Below the pieces are notes generated by a model. It saw only the letters and a program-made list of their open reading frames with translations. It did no database searches and was not told the origin of the DNA. A stretch of DNA of 64,000 nucleotides from Acholeplasma sp. CAG:878. GTDB taxonomy: Bacteria; Bacillota_I; Bacilli_A; RF39; UBA660. Where the stretch lies: assembly GCA_000432255.1 (NCBI GenBank), contig HF989926.1, positions 65 to 64,064 of the forward strand, given 5' to 3'. The position numbers and the translations under genes are program-made. Positions 10,439 to 21,048 of this stretch are shown here, piece by piece. Every line of letters starts with the position of its first letter. Position 1 is the stretch's first letter.

Positions 10439-11272
10439 TTATTTATTTGATAAACGATAAAAATTAAACGATGGATGTTCAAATAATCTTAAACGCATCA
10501 AAGATGTTCCAATACCACTAGAAACATATAATGGTTTTCCTGAAATATTGTAATATTCGTTATGATATTTTTTAGAACCAACAGGAGTAATTATACTTCC
10601 TATTAATGGTAATCTTACCTGCCCACCATGCGAGTGTCCAGCTAATATTAAATCATAATTATTTAAATCAATATTATCAACATAATCAGGTTCATGCATT
10701 AACAAAATAGAATATATAGGCATTTGGTTACAAGTTTCTATATAATCATTAAAACTTTTAACTTTATCCTTTATATTATCATTAACTAAATTACTACTAA
10801 TTCCTGAAATGATAATTGGTACATTAGAATTGTTATAAATTAACTTATAAGTATCATTTAAATTAGTAAATCCAATTTTGTCAATAATTTCATTATAAAT
10901 TTCAAGATTATCATGATTACCACTAATTATATACTTACCCAAATTAGCTTTTAAATCCTTTAAAATTTCTAAATCATTAATATCGTATTCCCATTCGTCA
11001 GTTAATAAGTCACCAGTAATTACAATTATGTCTGGTTTTGTTAAATTAACTTTTTTAACTATATTTTCTAAATCTTTTTTACTAACACTTGAACCAAAAT
11101 GAATATCTGATAAATGAGCAATTTTTAATCCATAATATTCATCAGTAATTTTAGAATTAACGATTTTATACTCTTTAACTTTTAAACCTTTAGTTCCTAT
11201 TAATCTTGCATATATTAATGTAGAAGAAAAAACTACTATAAATATTATTAAAACAACTAACCACTTTTTCAT
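10439..11272 (-). CDS. Membrane-anchored metallophosphoesterase (calcineurin-like, YkuE-like)
   Basis: N-terminal TM helix followed by the phosphoesterase motifs GDLLTDE, GNHD and GHSHGGQ. Confidence 0.8.
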   Translation of the reverse strand: MKKWLVVLIIFIVVFSSTLIYARLIGTKGLKVKEYKIVNSKITDEYYGLKIAHLSDIHFGSSVSKKDLENIVKKVNLTKPDIIVITGDLLTDEWEYDINDLEILKDLKANLGKYIISGNHDNLEIYNEIIDKIGFTNLNDTYKLIYNNSNVPIIISGISSNLVNDNIKDKVKSFNDYIETCNQMPIYSILLMHEPDYVDNIDLNNYDLILAGHSHGGQVRLPLIGSIITPVGSKKYHNEYYNISGKPLYVSSGIGTSLMRLRLFEHPSFNFYRLSNK

Positions 11273-11275
11273 AAA

Positions 11276-11965
11276 TCACCTTAAAAATAATAATATTACT
11301 TGAACTGCCATCATAAGTCCATTGTGCATAAAGTGTAAAGACATTGGAACAAATATATTGTTAGATTTCTTTAATGTATAAGCAAAGACTAATCCTGGAA
11401 TAGAATAAGGAATAATATACAACCAATCAGCAAGGCAAGTATAAGAGCCAATAATATGCATTGCTCCAAAACTAATACCAGATAATATTATAAAAATAAT
11501 ATCATTTTTAAATATACATCTAAAACTTAATCTAAACACTAACTCTTCAATAATAGGAGCTAAAACAACTGATGAAATTATTATATAAATAGGAGCAACT
11601 TTAAATAATTCATTAATTGCTTGTTGATTTGTAGCCTGTGAATTAGGGTAAATATTTATTATAATTATATTGGCTATAATCATTAAAGCTACTGCAAAAG
11701 CCCAATATTCAGTATATTTTTTTATATAAGGTTTAAAATTATTTTTATAATCTTTAAAATCATTTATAATTTGATTTTTATAAATAATTAATACAATAGC
11801 AATTAAAATAACTTCAATTGATATATTACATATAACTTTACCAGTTAAGTTGAAATTACTATATCCGATTAAATTTAATAAGTAACTACTACATGTATAA
11901 TATAAAAAATAAAGTACTAAAACCAAAATACCTTTTGATAAACTTTTAATTTCTTCTTTTCTCAT
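11276..11965 (-). CDS. CPBP-family intramembrane metalloprotease (CAAX protease / Abi family)
   Basis: Polytopic membrane protein with the EELVFR, FxxxH (FGAMH) and HFMHN motifs. The start was moved to the ATG after the GAGGTG RBS. Confidence 0.75.
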   Translation of the reverse strand: MRKEEIKSLSKGILVLVLYFLYYTCSSYLLNLIGYSNFNLTGKVICNISIEVILIAIVLIIYKNQIINDFKDYKNNFKPYIKKYTEYWAFAVALMIIANIIIINIYPNSQATNQQAINELFKVAPIYIIISSVVLAPIIEELVFRLSFRCIFKNDIIFIILSGISFGAMHIIGSYTCLADWLYIIPYSIPGLVFAYTLKKSNNIFVPMSLHFMHNGLMMAVQVILLFLR

Positions 11966-12099
11966 AAACACCTCACTATAATATTATAACAAAAAAATAT
12001 AAAAAAATTAATAAAATAATGTTTAACTTTTAAAAAAATGTGATATAATTATAAAGACAACGAGAGTGGGCAATCCCACTCTTTATATTTGGAGGAGTT

Positions 12100-12348
12100 A
12101 TGGAAGAAAAAATATTTGATTTATTAAATGGTGTACTTAGAAATAACGGATATATATTATCAAATGTCATTTATGAACAAGAAGGAAACACTAATTTTTT
12201 AAGAATTGTCATTGATAAGGAAGGTTATATCAACATTAATGATTGTGTTTTAGTTAACGAATTAATCAATCCAATTTTGGATGAAGCAGACTTAATTGAA
12301 GAAAGTTATATTTTGGATGTTTGTTCAAAAGAGAAAGGAAGTGAATAA
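12100..12348 (+). CDS. rimP: Ribosome maturation factor RimP, N-terminal domain only (82 aa)
   Basis: Aligns by eye to the RimP N-domain (...FLRIVIDKEGYININDCVLVNELINPILDE...YILDV...). It stops immediately before nusA, so the usual ~70-aa C-terminal domain is absent. Confidence 0.7.
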   Translation: MEEKIFDLLNGVLRNNGYILSNVIYEQEGNTNFLRIVIDKEGYININDCVLVNELINPILDEADLIEESYILDVCSKEKGSE

Positions 12349-12349
12349 A

Positions 12350-13501
12350 ATGGATATTAAAGAATTTAAAAAAGCCCTAGAAGTTTTAAACAAAGAAAAA
12401 GGTATTTCTGAAGATTATATTTATGAAGCACTAGAGTTAGCCTTAACAAGTGCTTATAAAAAGAATTATCATTCGCTTTCTAATGTTAGAGTTGAAATCA
12501 ATAAAGAAAAAGGAGAAATTCATGTTTATTCATTTAAAACAGTTGTTTTAGATAAAGAAAATGAAAGTGACCATCCAATAATGATTGAAGTAGAAGATGA
12601 TGAAAACGAAGGTCAAACAATTGAAGAAGAAAAACCATATATTTTTGATGAAAGAATTCATATTACTTTAGAAGATGCTAGAAAAATTGTTCCAGAAATT
12701 AAACTAGGTGAAACTATTGAGGAAGAGGTTACTCCAAGAGATTTTGGAAGAGTTGCTGCTGCTACGGCTAAACAAGTAGTTATTCAAAAAATAAGAGAAG
12801 CAGAAAGAAATATGATAAGTGAAGAATTTGGTGATAAACAAGATGAAATGGTAACAGGATTAGTTGCCATGGAAGATGTCAGAAACTATTATATTGATTT
12901 AGGAAAAACACAAGGAATATTACCAAAAACAGAAATCATTCCAGGAGAAACTATTAAAATGGGTTCGAATATTAAAGTGTATATTACTAAAGTTGAAAAT
13001 AATAGTAAAGGACCACTTATTTTATTAAGTAGAAGTCATTATGGTTTTGTAAAAAGATTATTTGAATTAGAAATTCCAGAAATAAACGAAGGAATCATAT
13101 TTGTATATAGTGTTGCTAGAGAAGCAGGTGTTAGAAGTAAAATAGCAGTTTACTCTGAAAATAAAAATGTTGATGCAATTGGAGCATGCATAGGAGAAAA
13201 AGGAACTAGAATTGGAAATATTTTAAAAGAACTAGGTCCAGAAAAAATAGATATTGTTTTATATGTAGATGATAAAGCGAAATTTATTGAAAATGCCTTA
13301 GCTCCCGCTAAAAATCTTCATGTAATAATTACTGATGAAGCTAAAAATGAAGCTTTAGTAGTTGTAGACGATGATAATTTATCTCTTGCTATTGGAAGAA
13401 AAGGATTAAATGTTAAACTAGCGTCACGTTTGACTAAATTTAAAATAGACATTAAAACAACGAGTGAAGCAAGTAAAATTGGTATTAACTTTGTTGATTA
13501 G
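12350..13501 (+). CDS. nusA: Transcription termination/antitermination factor NusA
   Basis: MDIKEFKKALEVLNKEKGIS... N-terminal domain followed by S1 and KH domains. RBS GGAAGTGA lies upstream. The track ORF starting at 12296 is an over-extension. Confidence 0.93.
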   Translation: MDIKEFKKALEVLNKEKGISEDYIYEALELALTSAYKKNYHSLSNVRVEINKEKGEIHVYSFKTVVLDKENESDHPIMIEVEDDENEGQTIEEEKPYIFDERIHITLEDARKIVPEIKLGETIEEEVTPRDFGRVAAATAKQVVIQKIREAERNMISEEFGDKQDEMVTGLVAMEDVRNYYIDLGKTQGILPKTEIIPGETIKMGSNIKVYITKVENNSKGPLILLSRSHYGFVKRLFELEIPEINEGIIFVYSVAREAGVRSKIAVYSENKNVDAIGACIGEKGTRIGNILKELGPEKIDIVLYVDDKAKFIENALAPAKNLHVIITDEAKNEALVVVDDDNLSLAIGRKGLNVKLASRLTKFKIDIKTTSEASKIGINFVD

Positions 13502-13509
13502 GAGAATTT

Positions 13510-13770
13510 ATGAAAAATAAAAAAGTACCAATGAGAACTTGTGTTGTAACTAAAGAAAAATTTCCAAAAAGTGAACTAGTTAGAGTTTTAAGAACTCCTG
13601 AAGGAAATGTTATATTAGATTTAACCTTAAAAGCTAATGGTAGAGGAGCTTATCTAAAAAAAGATAAGGATGTTATAAATAAAGCAAAAAAAACAAAAAT
13701 CTTGAATAAGATGTTAGAGACAGATATAAAAGACGATATATATGAAGAGTTATTACAATTATTAAAATAG
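13510..13770 (+). CDS. ylxR: YlxR/DUF448 family RNA-binding protein
   Basis: PMRTCVVTKEKFPKSELVRV...GRGAYL signature, in the conserved position between nusA and infB. Confidence 0.8.
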   Translation: MKNKKVPMRTCVVTKEKFPKSELVRVLRTPEGNVILDLTLKANGRGAYLKKDKDVINKAKKTKILNKMLETDIKDDIYEELLQLLK

Positions 13771-13782
13771 GAGGTGTTTAAT

Positions 13783-15864
13783 ATGATGAGTGTATTAGAA
13801 TATGCCCAAGATATAAACAAGACCGTAAGTGAAGTACTTAAAAAATGTGAAGAATTAGATATTAAAGTTAATAATGAAGATGACCTATTATCTGATGAAG
13901 ACATTACAATTTTAGATAACGCTGATTTTAGTGATATGGATGAAATTGTTGATGAAATAATTGAAACTAAAAACATTAAAATAGATGAAGGTGTTTCTAA
14001 ACAAAAATTAAAAAAGAAAAGTGAAAAACAAACACAGCAAAATAGTAAAAAAGATTTTGCAATCAAGAAAAAAGAAATGTATAAAAACAAAGAAAAACTA
14101 ATGAGTAATGCAAGTGTTAGTGAAAAAGTTGTTTTATACAAAGAAAATATGACAGTTGGAGAACTTGCAAAAGAATTAAATGTAACAAGTGGTGAATTAG
14201 TAAAAAAACTATTTAATTTAGGTGTTATGGCAACTATTAATATGCCAATATCATTTGAAAATGCTGAAATATTAGTAATTGATTATGATAAAGAACTTAA
14301 AAAAGATAGTACTTTAGATGTTACAAATTTTGAAGAATTTGAAATTGTTGATGATGAAAAAGATTTAGTTACAAGACCAGCAGTTGTAACAATCATGGGA
14401 CATGTTGACCATGGTAAAACGACTTTACTTGATACAATTAGAAAAACAAATGTAGCAGGAGGAGAAGCTGGTGGAATAACACAAGCTATTAGTGCATATC
14501 AAGTTAAAGTAAAAGACAAATATATAACATTTATTGATACTCCAGGACATGCAGCATTTACTGAAATGCGTGCTAGAGGAGCAAGCATAACTGATATCAT
14601 AATTATAATCGTTGCTGCTGATGATGGTGTTATGCCACAAACAATCGAAGTAATAGACCATGCAAAAGCTGCTAATGTACCAATTATTGTAGCTATTAAT
14701 AAAATCGATAAACCAGATGCAAATAAGGAAAGAGTTCTAACTCAGTTAGCCGAACACGGATTAACTCCAGAAAGTTGGGGCGGAGATACACTAGTAAGTT
14801 ATATTTCTGCCAAAGAAGGAACGGGCATAGAAGACTTATTAGATAATATTTTATTAATTGCAGAAATGGAAGATTATAAAGCAAATCCAAATAGATATGC
14901 TGTTGGAACTGTAGTAGAATCAAGACTAGATAAACACTTAGGTCCAATTGTAACCGTTTTAATTCAAAATGGAACATTAAGGTTAGGAGACCCAATAGTA
15001 GTAGGAACAGCTTATGGAAAAGTAAGAACACTTAAAAATGATAAAGGAGAAGATATAACCGAAGCTACACTATCACAACCAGTAGAAATTACAGGAATTA
15101 ATGAAGTTCCAGAAGCAGGAGATAGATTTATGGCTTTTGAAACAGAAAAACAAGCAAGAAGTATTGGTGAAGAAAGAAAAATCCAAGCTAAAAATAAAGA
15201 AAACAGCAATAAAGCAGCAGTAACTTTAGATGATTTGTTTGCCAAAATTCAAGATGGCGCTAAAGAAATAAAAGTAATTATTAAAGCAGATGTAAACGGA
15301 AGTTGTGAAGCAGTTAAAAACTCTTTAGAAAAAATCGAAGTTGAAGGCGTAAAAGTTAAAGTTATTAGAAGTAGTGTAGGCGCAATTAAAGAAAGTGATA
15401 TCGTTTTAGGTAAAGCAAGTGATGCTATTATAATTGGTTTTAATGTAAGACCAAGTAATTCTATTAGAGATTATGCTAAAGAACAAGGCGTTGAAATAAG
15501 ACTTTACGATATAATTTACAAAGCAGTAGAAGAAATGGAAGCTGCTATGAAGGGTATGTTAGACCCAGTTTATGAAGAAAAAATAACAGGAACTGCTGAA
15601 ATTAGAAAATTATTTAAGTTTTCTAAAGTTGGAACAATTGCAGGTTCATATGTAACAGATGGAGTTATTAAAAGAGATTCTAATGTAAGAGTAATTAGAG
15701 ATGGCGTTACAATATATGATGGAAAAATAAATTCAATTCAAAGAGAAAAAGACACTGTTAAAGAAGTTAAAAAAGGTTTAGAATGTGGTATTACAATTGA
15801 AAATTACAATGACCTTAAAGAAGGCGATGTCTTTGAAGCATATGAAATGATTGAAGTTAAATAA
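13783..15864 (+). CDS. infB: Translation initiation factor IF-2
   Basis: GTPase motifs [14 protein letters not shown] and NKID plus the IF2 C-terminal domains. GGAGGTG lies 6 nt before the ATG at 13783. The track start at 13774 is the GTG inside the RBS. Confidence 0.95.
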   Translation: MMSVLEYAQDINKTVSEVLKKCEELDIKVNNEDDLLSDEDITILDNADFSDMDEIVDEIIETKNIKIDEGVSKQKLKKKSEKQTQQNSKKDFAIKKKEMYKNKEKLMSNASVSEKVVLYKENMTVGELAKELNVTSGELVKKLFNLGVMATINMPISFENAEILVIDYDKELKKDSTLDVTNFEEFEIVDDEKDLVTRPAVVTIMGHVDHGKTTLLDTIRKTNVAGGEAGGITQAISAYQVKVKDKYITFIDTPGHAAFTEMRARGASITDIIIIIVAADDGVMPQTIEVIDHAKAANVPIIVAINKIDKPDANKERVLTQLAEHGLTPESWGGDTLVSYISAKEGTGIEDLLDNILLIAEMEDYKANPNRYAVGTVVESRLDKHLGPIVTVLIQNGTLRLGDPIVVGTAYGKVRTLKNDKGEDITEATLSQPVEITGINEVPEAGDRFMAFETEKQARSIGEERKIQAKNKENSNKAAVTLDDLFAKIQDGAKEIKVIIKADVNGSCEAVKNSLEKIEVEGVKVKVIRSSVGAIKESDIVLGKASDAIIIGFNVRPSNSIRDYAKEQGVEIRLYDIIYKAVEEMEAAMKGMLDPVYEEKITGTAEIRKLFKFSKVGTIAGSYVTDGVIKRDSNVRVIRDGVTIYDGKINSIQREKDTVKEVKKGLECGITIENYNDLKEGDVFEAYEMIEVK

Positions 15865-15886
15865 GAGTAGTTGTACTCTTATTTTT
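15863..15886 (+). terminator. Rho-independent terminator after infB
   Basis: AAGAGTA-gttg-TACTCTT hairpin followed by ATTTTT. Confidence 0.7.
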
Positions 15887-15926
15887 GATTTTATTGATAT
15901 TTTATAATAAATTACAGTTACTTTAA

Positions 15927-15988
15927 AGCTAAAATGTAAATCAAAATATAGCCAAAATTAAAACCAAAACACAGCCAAAATGTAAAAT
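15927..15988 (+). repeat. Three direct repeats of AGCYAAAATKTAAA at exact 23-bp phasing upstream of the AAA ATPase gene
   Basis: Copies at 15927-15941, 15950-15964 and 15973-15988. An extended -10 TGtagTATAAT at 16011-16021 and an RBS GGGAGGAG follow. Confidence 0.6.
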
Positions 15989-16041
15989 TATATTAACAAA
16001 ATACAAAATATGTAGTATAATAAATTATGGGAGGAGATACA

Positions 16042-17304
16042 ATGGAAAAATACATACCTAGAATTGTAGATAGTTTACTAAAAAATAAACTTGAATATAT
16101 AGGAGCAGTTTTGATTGAGGGATGTAAATGGTGTGGAAAAACAACAACAGCAAGGCAATTTGCAAAAAGTTACATTGAATTTCAAGATCCAGATAAAAAA
16201 ATACAATACGATAAAATTAATCAAACCAAACCATCATTATTTTTAGAAGGGGAAAAACCAAGACTATTTGACGAATGGCAAATGTATCCAGTTATTTGGG
16301 ATTCTATTAGAATGAATGTCGACCATACAAGATTAAAAGGACAATATATTTTAACAGGCTCGGCAAGACCAAAAGAGGATAGCGTTATGCACACAGGGAC
16401 AGGCAGAATAACAAAACTATTAATGAGGCCAATGTCATTATATGAATCTGGAGAATCTAATGGTTGTGTTTCTTTAAGCGATATAATAAACGGCAATGAT
16501 ATAGAGGGTGTATCTACTTTAGAGTTCGAAGATTTAATTGATGTTATGATGAGAGGCGGTTGGCCAGAATCATTAAATATTAAAGGAAACAATAAATATG
16601 AAATTTCTAAAGATTATATTAAAAGTCTATTAAGTGAAGAAGTGAAAGTAGTTGATGGAATCGAAAGAAATCAACAAAAAATGAGTGCAGTTTTAAAAAG
16701 TATTTCAAGAAATGTATCGACAAGTGTAAGTAAAGCAACAATTTTAGAAGATGTTAAATCTCATTTTATTAATGAAATATCAAGACCAACACTAGATGAT
16801 TATTTAAATACTTTGGAAAAGTTATATATATTAGAATATGTTCCTGCTACTAATTTAAACTTAAGGTCAAAAACACCTTTAAGAATTTCACCTAAATTAG
16901 AATTGGTTGATCCATCACTTGTAGTTGCAACGTTGAATTTAAATAAAGAAGATCTAATAAAAGATTTAAATTTTACAGGATTTATATTTGAAAACATGTG
17001 TATAAGAGATTTAAAAATATACGCAGATGCAATAGATTCAAGATTATCTTACTATAGAGATAAAAATGATTTTGAGATAGATTGTATTTTAGAAACTTCA
17101 AGTGGAAAGTGGGGAGCTATCGAAATCAAACTAGGTGCTGGAGAAATTCCAAGTGCCGTTTCAAATCTAACTAAATTTAAGGAAAAAGTAAATACTGCTC
17201 AATATGGAGAACCATCATTTTTAATGGTATTAACAGGTGCAAATTATTCATACAAAAGAGAAGATGGAATATATGTTGTATCAATTGGAAATTTAAAAAA
17301 TTAG
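16042..17304 (+). CDS. AAA+ ATPase with DUF4143 (AAA_14 / COG1373 family)
   Basis: Walker A GCKWCGKTT and the overall architecture of the ATPase + DUF4143 family. The ATG at 16042 follows an RBS. Confidence 0.7.
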   Translation: MEKYIPRIVDSLLKNKLEYIGAVLIEGCKWCGKTTTARQFAKSYIEFQDPDKKIQYDKINQTKPSLFLEGEKPRLFDEWQMYPVIWDSIRMNVDHTRLKGQYILTGSARPKEDSVMHTGTGRITKLLMRPMSLYESGESNGCVSLSDIINGNDIEGVSTLEFEDLIDVMMRGGWPESLNIKGNNKYEISKDYIKSLLSEEVKVVDGIERNQQKMSAVLKSISRNVSTSVSKATILEDVKSHFINEISRPTLDDYLNTLEKLYILEYVPATNLNLRSKTPLRISPKLELVDPSLVVATLNLNKEDLIKDLNFTGFIFENMCIRDLKIYADAIDSRLSYYRDKNDFEIDCILETSSGKWGAIEIKLGAGEIPSAVSNLTKFKEKVNTAQYGEPSFLMVLTGANYSYKREDGIYVVSIGNLKN

Positions 17305-17408
17305 TGTATATTTTTATGAAAAGACTTAATAATTAAGTTTTTTTCTTCCTAAAAATTAGTTGACATTCAATAAAATAATAGTGTATTACCCGATAAAGGA
17401 GGTGAATT

Positions 17409-18283
17409 ATGAATAAAATATTTGAATTGTGTAAAAATTTATCAAAACTAACTCATATTGATAATGTTTATATAATAGTAATAACCGAAATCATTATTTC
17501 GTATTTGTTTATAAGAATAATAAGATTTATAATAACAAAAATTGGTGCTAGTTTAATTAAAGATTCAAGAAAAAAGTATTTATATCATAAAAAAATAAAT
17601 GTTTTCTCAAGTTTAATTTTTGTAATTATTGTATTTTTAATAATAAACCCTTATATTAAAAATATAATTACTATTATTTCTTTTGTATCTGCAGCTTTAA
17701 CACTTGCCTTAAGAGAAGTTATTACCAATTGGTTTGCAGGAATATATATAAAAATAAAAAAACCATTTAGGTTAGAAGATAGAATTGAAGTTGACATAAA
17801 AAAGGTGATGTCATTAATATAAGCAATTTAAGTTTTGAAATGCTTGAAGTAGGAGAGAGAGTATATGGTGAACAAAGCACAGGTATTATTGTTCATTTAC
17901 CTAATTCTTTTGTGTTCTCTAAACCAATCAAAAACTATAATAAAGCATTTAAATACATATGGAATGAAATTCTAGTAAAAGTACCAATAGATTGTGATAT
18001 AGAAAAAACAAAGGAAAAATTGTATGAAATTATAAATAAAAATGAAATCGTTAAAAGAATTCCTAAAAAAATGAGCGACCAAGTTGATGATGCGAGCCTA
18101 GAGTATAGAATTTACTACAATAAATTAAAACCTATAATTTATACTAGAATAGTAGATAATCATATAGAACTATATATAAGATATTTAGTTCACCCTAAAA
18201 AGAATAGAAATGTTGAAAATGATGTGTGGTTAGATATATTAAATGCTTATAAAAATAACGAAATAGAATTATATACTGAATAA
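17409..18283 (+). pseudogene. MscS-family mechanosensitive channel gene split by a frameshift in an A6 run (17798-17803)
   Basis: ORF 17409-17822 carries the TM helices and the MscS core ...NWFAGIYIKIKKPFRLEDRIEV. ORF 17840-18283 carries the rest (...VHLPNSFVFSKPIKNYNKA...). Shifting frame at the A-run restores ...RIEVDIKKGDVINISNLSFEMLEVGER... Confidence 0.75.
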
Positions 18284-18376
18284 ATTGTATAATTTTATGT
18301 TTACAAAGGTACTTGAAAAATACCTTTTTTTAATGTAAAATGTTATTGTAGTAAAAAAATATGAAAGAGTGATAAA

Positions 18377-18715
18377 ATGAGTATAAAAATAAAAAGATTA
18401 GAAAGTAATATTGTCAAAGAAATAAGTTATATCTTATCACAAGAAGTTAAAGATAGCGATATAAAATTTGTAACAGTAACTGATTGCCATTTAACAAATG
18501 ACTTAAGCTTTGCTAAAATATATTTTACTGTTCTAGATGATAGTAAAAAAGAAACAACTTTAAAAGCACTTAAAGATGCATCAGGATTTATTAGAAAAGA
18601 ATTAGCAAAGAGAGTTATTATAAGACACATACCAGAACTAGAATTTGTCTATGATGAATCAATTGAATATGGCAATAAAATAGAAAAAATAATTGAAGAA
18701 ATAAATGAGGAGTGA
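18377..18715 (+). CDS. rbfA: Ribosome-binding factor A
   Basis: MSIKIKRLESNIVKEISYIL...VTVTDCHLTNDLSFAKIYF is the RbfA signature. Confidence 0.88.
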   Translation: MSIKIKRLESNIVKEISYILSQEVKDSDIKFVTVTDCHLTNDLSFAKIYFTVLDDSKKETTLKALKDASGFIRKELAKRVIIRHIPELEFVYDESIEYGNKIEKIIEEINEE

Positions 18716-18719
18716 TTAG

Positions 18720-20078
18720 ATGAACTCAAAAATATTTAGAGAGTACGATATAAGAGGAAATTATCCTACTGATATTAATGAAGATGTAGCTTACAAAATA
18801 GGAAAAAGTTTTGGAAGTTATATAAAAAAAATGAATAAAAATAAAGCTTTGATTGGATACGATAATAGATTATCATCTCCAAGCCTAGCTTCTAATTTAA
18901 TCAATGGAATATTAGATACAGGTGTTGATGTTGTGAACCTAGGTTTAGTAACAACTCCAATGTACTATTATGGGAGGGTATTACTTGATATTTGGTCAGG
19001 AATAATGATTACAGCAAGTCACAATCCAGCAACTGATAATGGATTTAAAATGTCATTTACTAACATTGGTAACGCTGTGGGAAGCGAAATATATGATTTT
19101 AGAGATTTTACATTTAAAGGAGAATTTATAGATGGAAAAGGAACTTTAAGTACATATGATATTAAAGATGATTATGTTAATTTAGTAAAAAATTCATTGA
19201 AATTTGATAAAAAGGTAAAAGTTGTAGTAGATTTAGGTAATGGAACAGGTTCTATTATAATCAAAGATGTATTAAATAAACTACCATTAGAATATGAGTT
19301 ATTATTTGAAGAAAGCGATGGAACTTTTCCCCACCACCACCCAGACCCAGCAGTTGCTAGTAATTTAGTTGATTTACAAAAAAAAGTAGTAGAGTTAAAC
19401 TATGATTTAGGATTTGCAATCGACGCTGATGGCGATAGAGTAAGAGTAGTTGATAACAAAGGAAATATAATAGATACTGATATTTATATGGCTATAATGT
19501 ATAGATATCTATACCCTAATTTAAAAACAAAAGCAGCTTTATATGATGTTAAATGTTCAAAAAGTTTAATTGATGAAGTTGAAAGATTAGGATTAAAACA
19601 AATAATGAATAGAACTGGAAACTCTTATCAATATAGAAAAGTAGCCGAAACAAATGTTGATTTTGGTGGTGAATACTCTGGACACTTGTTCTTTAACGAT
19701 AGATATCCAGGTATTGATGATGGTATATATGCAGGTTTAAGAATGTGTGAAGTAGTATCAAATCAAGACAAAACAATGTATGAATTAACAAAAGGATTTA
19801 ATACATATTATAAAACAGATGAATTAAAAATTCAGGTAACTGATGAAAACAAATTTCAAATAATCGAAGAATTAAAAAAATATTTAGATTTAAAACAATA
19901 TAAATATAATGCTCTAGATGGAGTAAGAGTTACATTTGATGATGGTTGGGGTCTTATTAGATGTTCTAACACAGGACCTAATCTAACATTAAGATTTGAA
20001 GCAAACAAAGAATCTAGACTAGAAGAAATAAAAAATGAGTTAATGGAAGAAGTAAATAGAATAATAGGGATGTTTTAA
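18720..20078 (+). CDS. Phosphohexomutase (phosphoglucomutase/phosphomannomutase family)
   Basis: Active-site TASHNP and the metal-binding loop DADGDR. The specific substrate (PGM, PMM or GlmM-like) is not resolved. Confidence 0.8.
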   Translation: MNSKIFREYDIRGNYPTDINEDVAYKIGKSFGSYIKKMNKNKALIGYDNRLSSPSLASNLINGILDTGVDVVNLGLVTTPMYYYGRVLLDIWSGIMITASHNPATDNGFKMSFTNIGNAVGSEIYDFRDFTFKGEFIDGKGTLSTYDIKDDYVNLVKNSLKFDKKVKVVVDLGNGTGSIIIKDVLNKLPLEYELLFEESDGTFPHHHPDPAVASNLVDLQKKVVELNYDLGFAIDADGDRVRVVDNKGNIIDTDIYMAIMYRYLYPNLKTKAALYDVKCSKSLIDEVERLGLKQIMNRTGNSYQYRKVAETNVDFGGEYSGHLFFNDRYPGIDDGIYAGLRMCEVVSNQDKTMYELTKGFNTYYKTDELKIQVTDENKFQIIEELKKYLDLKQYKYNALDGVRVTFDDGWGLIRCSNTGPNLTLRFEANKESRLEEIKNELMEEVNRIIGMF

Positions 20079-20141
20079 AATAACATCCTTTTATTATCAT
20101 ATTTAAAAAAATAAAGAATAAAATTTGAAAGGTGATTATTT

Positions 20142-20732
20142 ATGGCAAAAATATATTATGATAGAGCAGTAAGATATTTTGATTTTTATACAGATATTTT
20201 AAAATTAAAAACTAAGAAGCAAGTACCATCAGAAGAAGCAAAAAGAAGAATTGAATTAATTGAACGTTATGCTTTTGATTCTTATAAAGTTGTTCAAACA
20301 GGCACTGAAATGATGAATAAATTAAATTTAAATCCTTCCATTAAAGAATTAGGTAAAATTACTTTTTTAAATCACCTAATTCCAGAAATTTATCAAATCA
20401 GTAAATCAGGAATAAATCTTGTTGATAATTTTCATTTTGTATATGAAAATGAAGATTTTAATACATTATTAAGATTACAAATGCCAACTGTAGATACATT
20501 TGATGGCATAATAAAATATGTAATAAGTCATTATAAAACAAGTAGATTAACAAGTGAACAATTAAATTTTATTTTAACTGATTGTTTAAGTGGTCTTAAT
20601 ATATATGAACTAGATAGCAAAGGTAAAATACAAATTTTAAGAATTTTATTACAAATACTACAAAACATTAAAAGAACAAGCGAATTTCAAGTTCCTGCTG
20701 AAGTCAAAGATAAACAATTTGTAAAAAAATAA
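20142..20732 (+). CDS. Hypothetical protein (196 aa)
   Basis: Clean ORF with upstream RBS AAAGGTGA. No recognisable motif. Confidence 0.5.
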   Translation: MAKIYYDRAVRYFDFYTDILKLKTKKQVPSEEAKRRIELIERYAFDSYKVVQTGTEMMNKLNLNPSIKELGKITFLNHLIPEIYQISKSGINLVDNFHFVYENEDFNTLLRLQMPTVDTFDGIIKYVISHYKTSRLTSEQLNFILTDCLSGLNIYELDSKGKIQILRILLQILQNIKRTSEFQVPAEVKDKQFVKK

Positions 20733-20789
20733 CAAATATTATTTGACAAACAAAAAATGTTATGTTATAGTTTTATTATGTTAATGTTG

Positions 20790-20990
20790 ACGGAATTTTA
20801 GTAGCAATTTAATTGGTAATAAGAAAGTTAGTGGTTGATGAAAACTAACCAAGATTAAATTAGTGAATTACCCTTTCCTGAGTTAAATCGTTACTCGCGT
20901 TAAGAGATAAAGTGTATGATGATATTCATAAATTAAGGTGGTACCGCGGTTTTTCGTCCTTAGATTTGTGAATATTTTTTGTTAGGAAGT
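20790..20990 (+). ncRNA. T-box riboswitch leader of tyrS
   Basis: The conserved T-box sequence AATTAAGGTGGTACCGCGG is at 20930-20948. The variable position is U, as expected for pairing with the A discriminator of tRNA-Tyr. A stem-I-like helix lies upstream, followed by a T-rich tract before tyrS. Confidence 0.75.
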
Positions 20991-21048
20991 GTTACATGGA
21001 AATAGAATATGAAAATATTGATAAAATAAAAATTAGAGGAGGAAAATT

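Noticed and set aside
12296-12349. N-terminal extension of nusA (track ORF starts at 12296)
   Set aside because: It overlaps rimP in another frame. The conserved NusA N-terminus MDIKEF begins at 12350 with its own RBS.
13650-15245. Minus-strand ORFs (163, 78, 111 and 77 aa) inside infB
   Set aside because: They are antisense to a highly conserved gene and low-complexity. They are typical AT-rich shadow ORFs.
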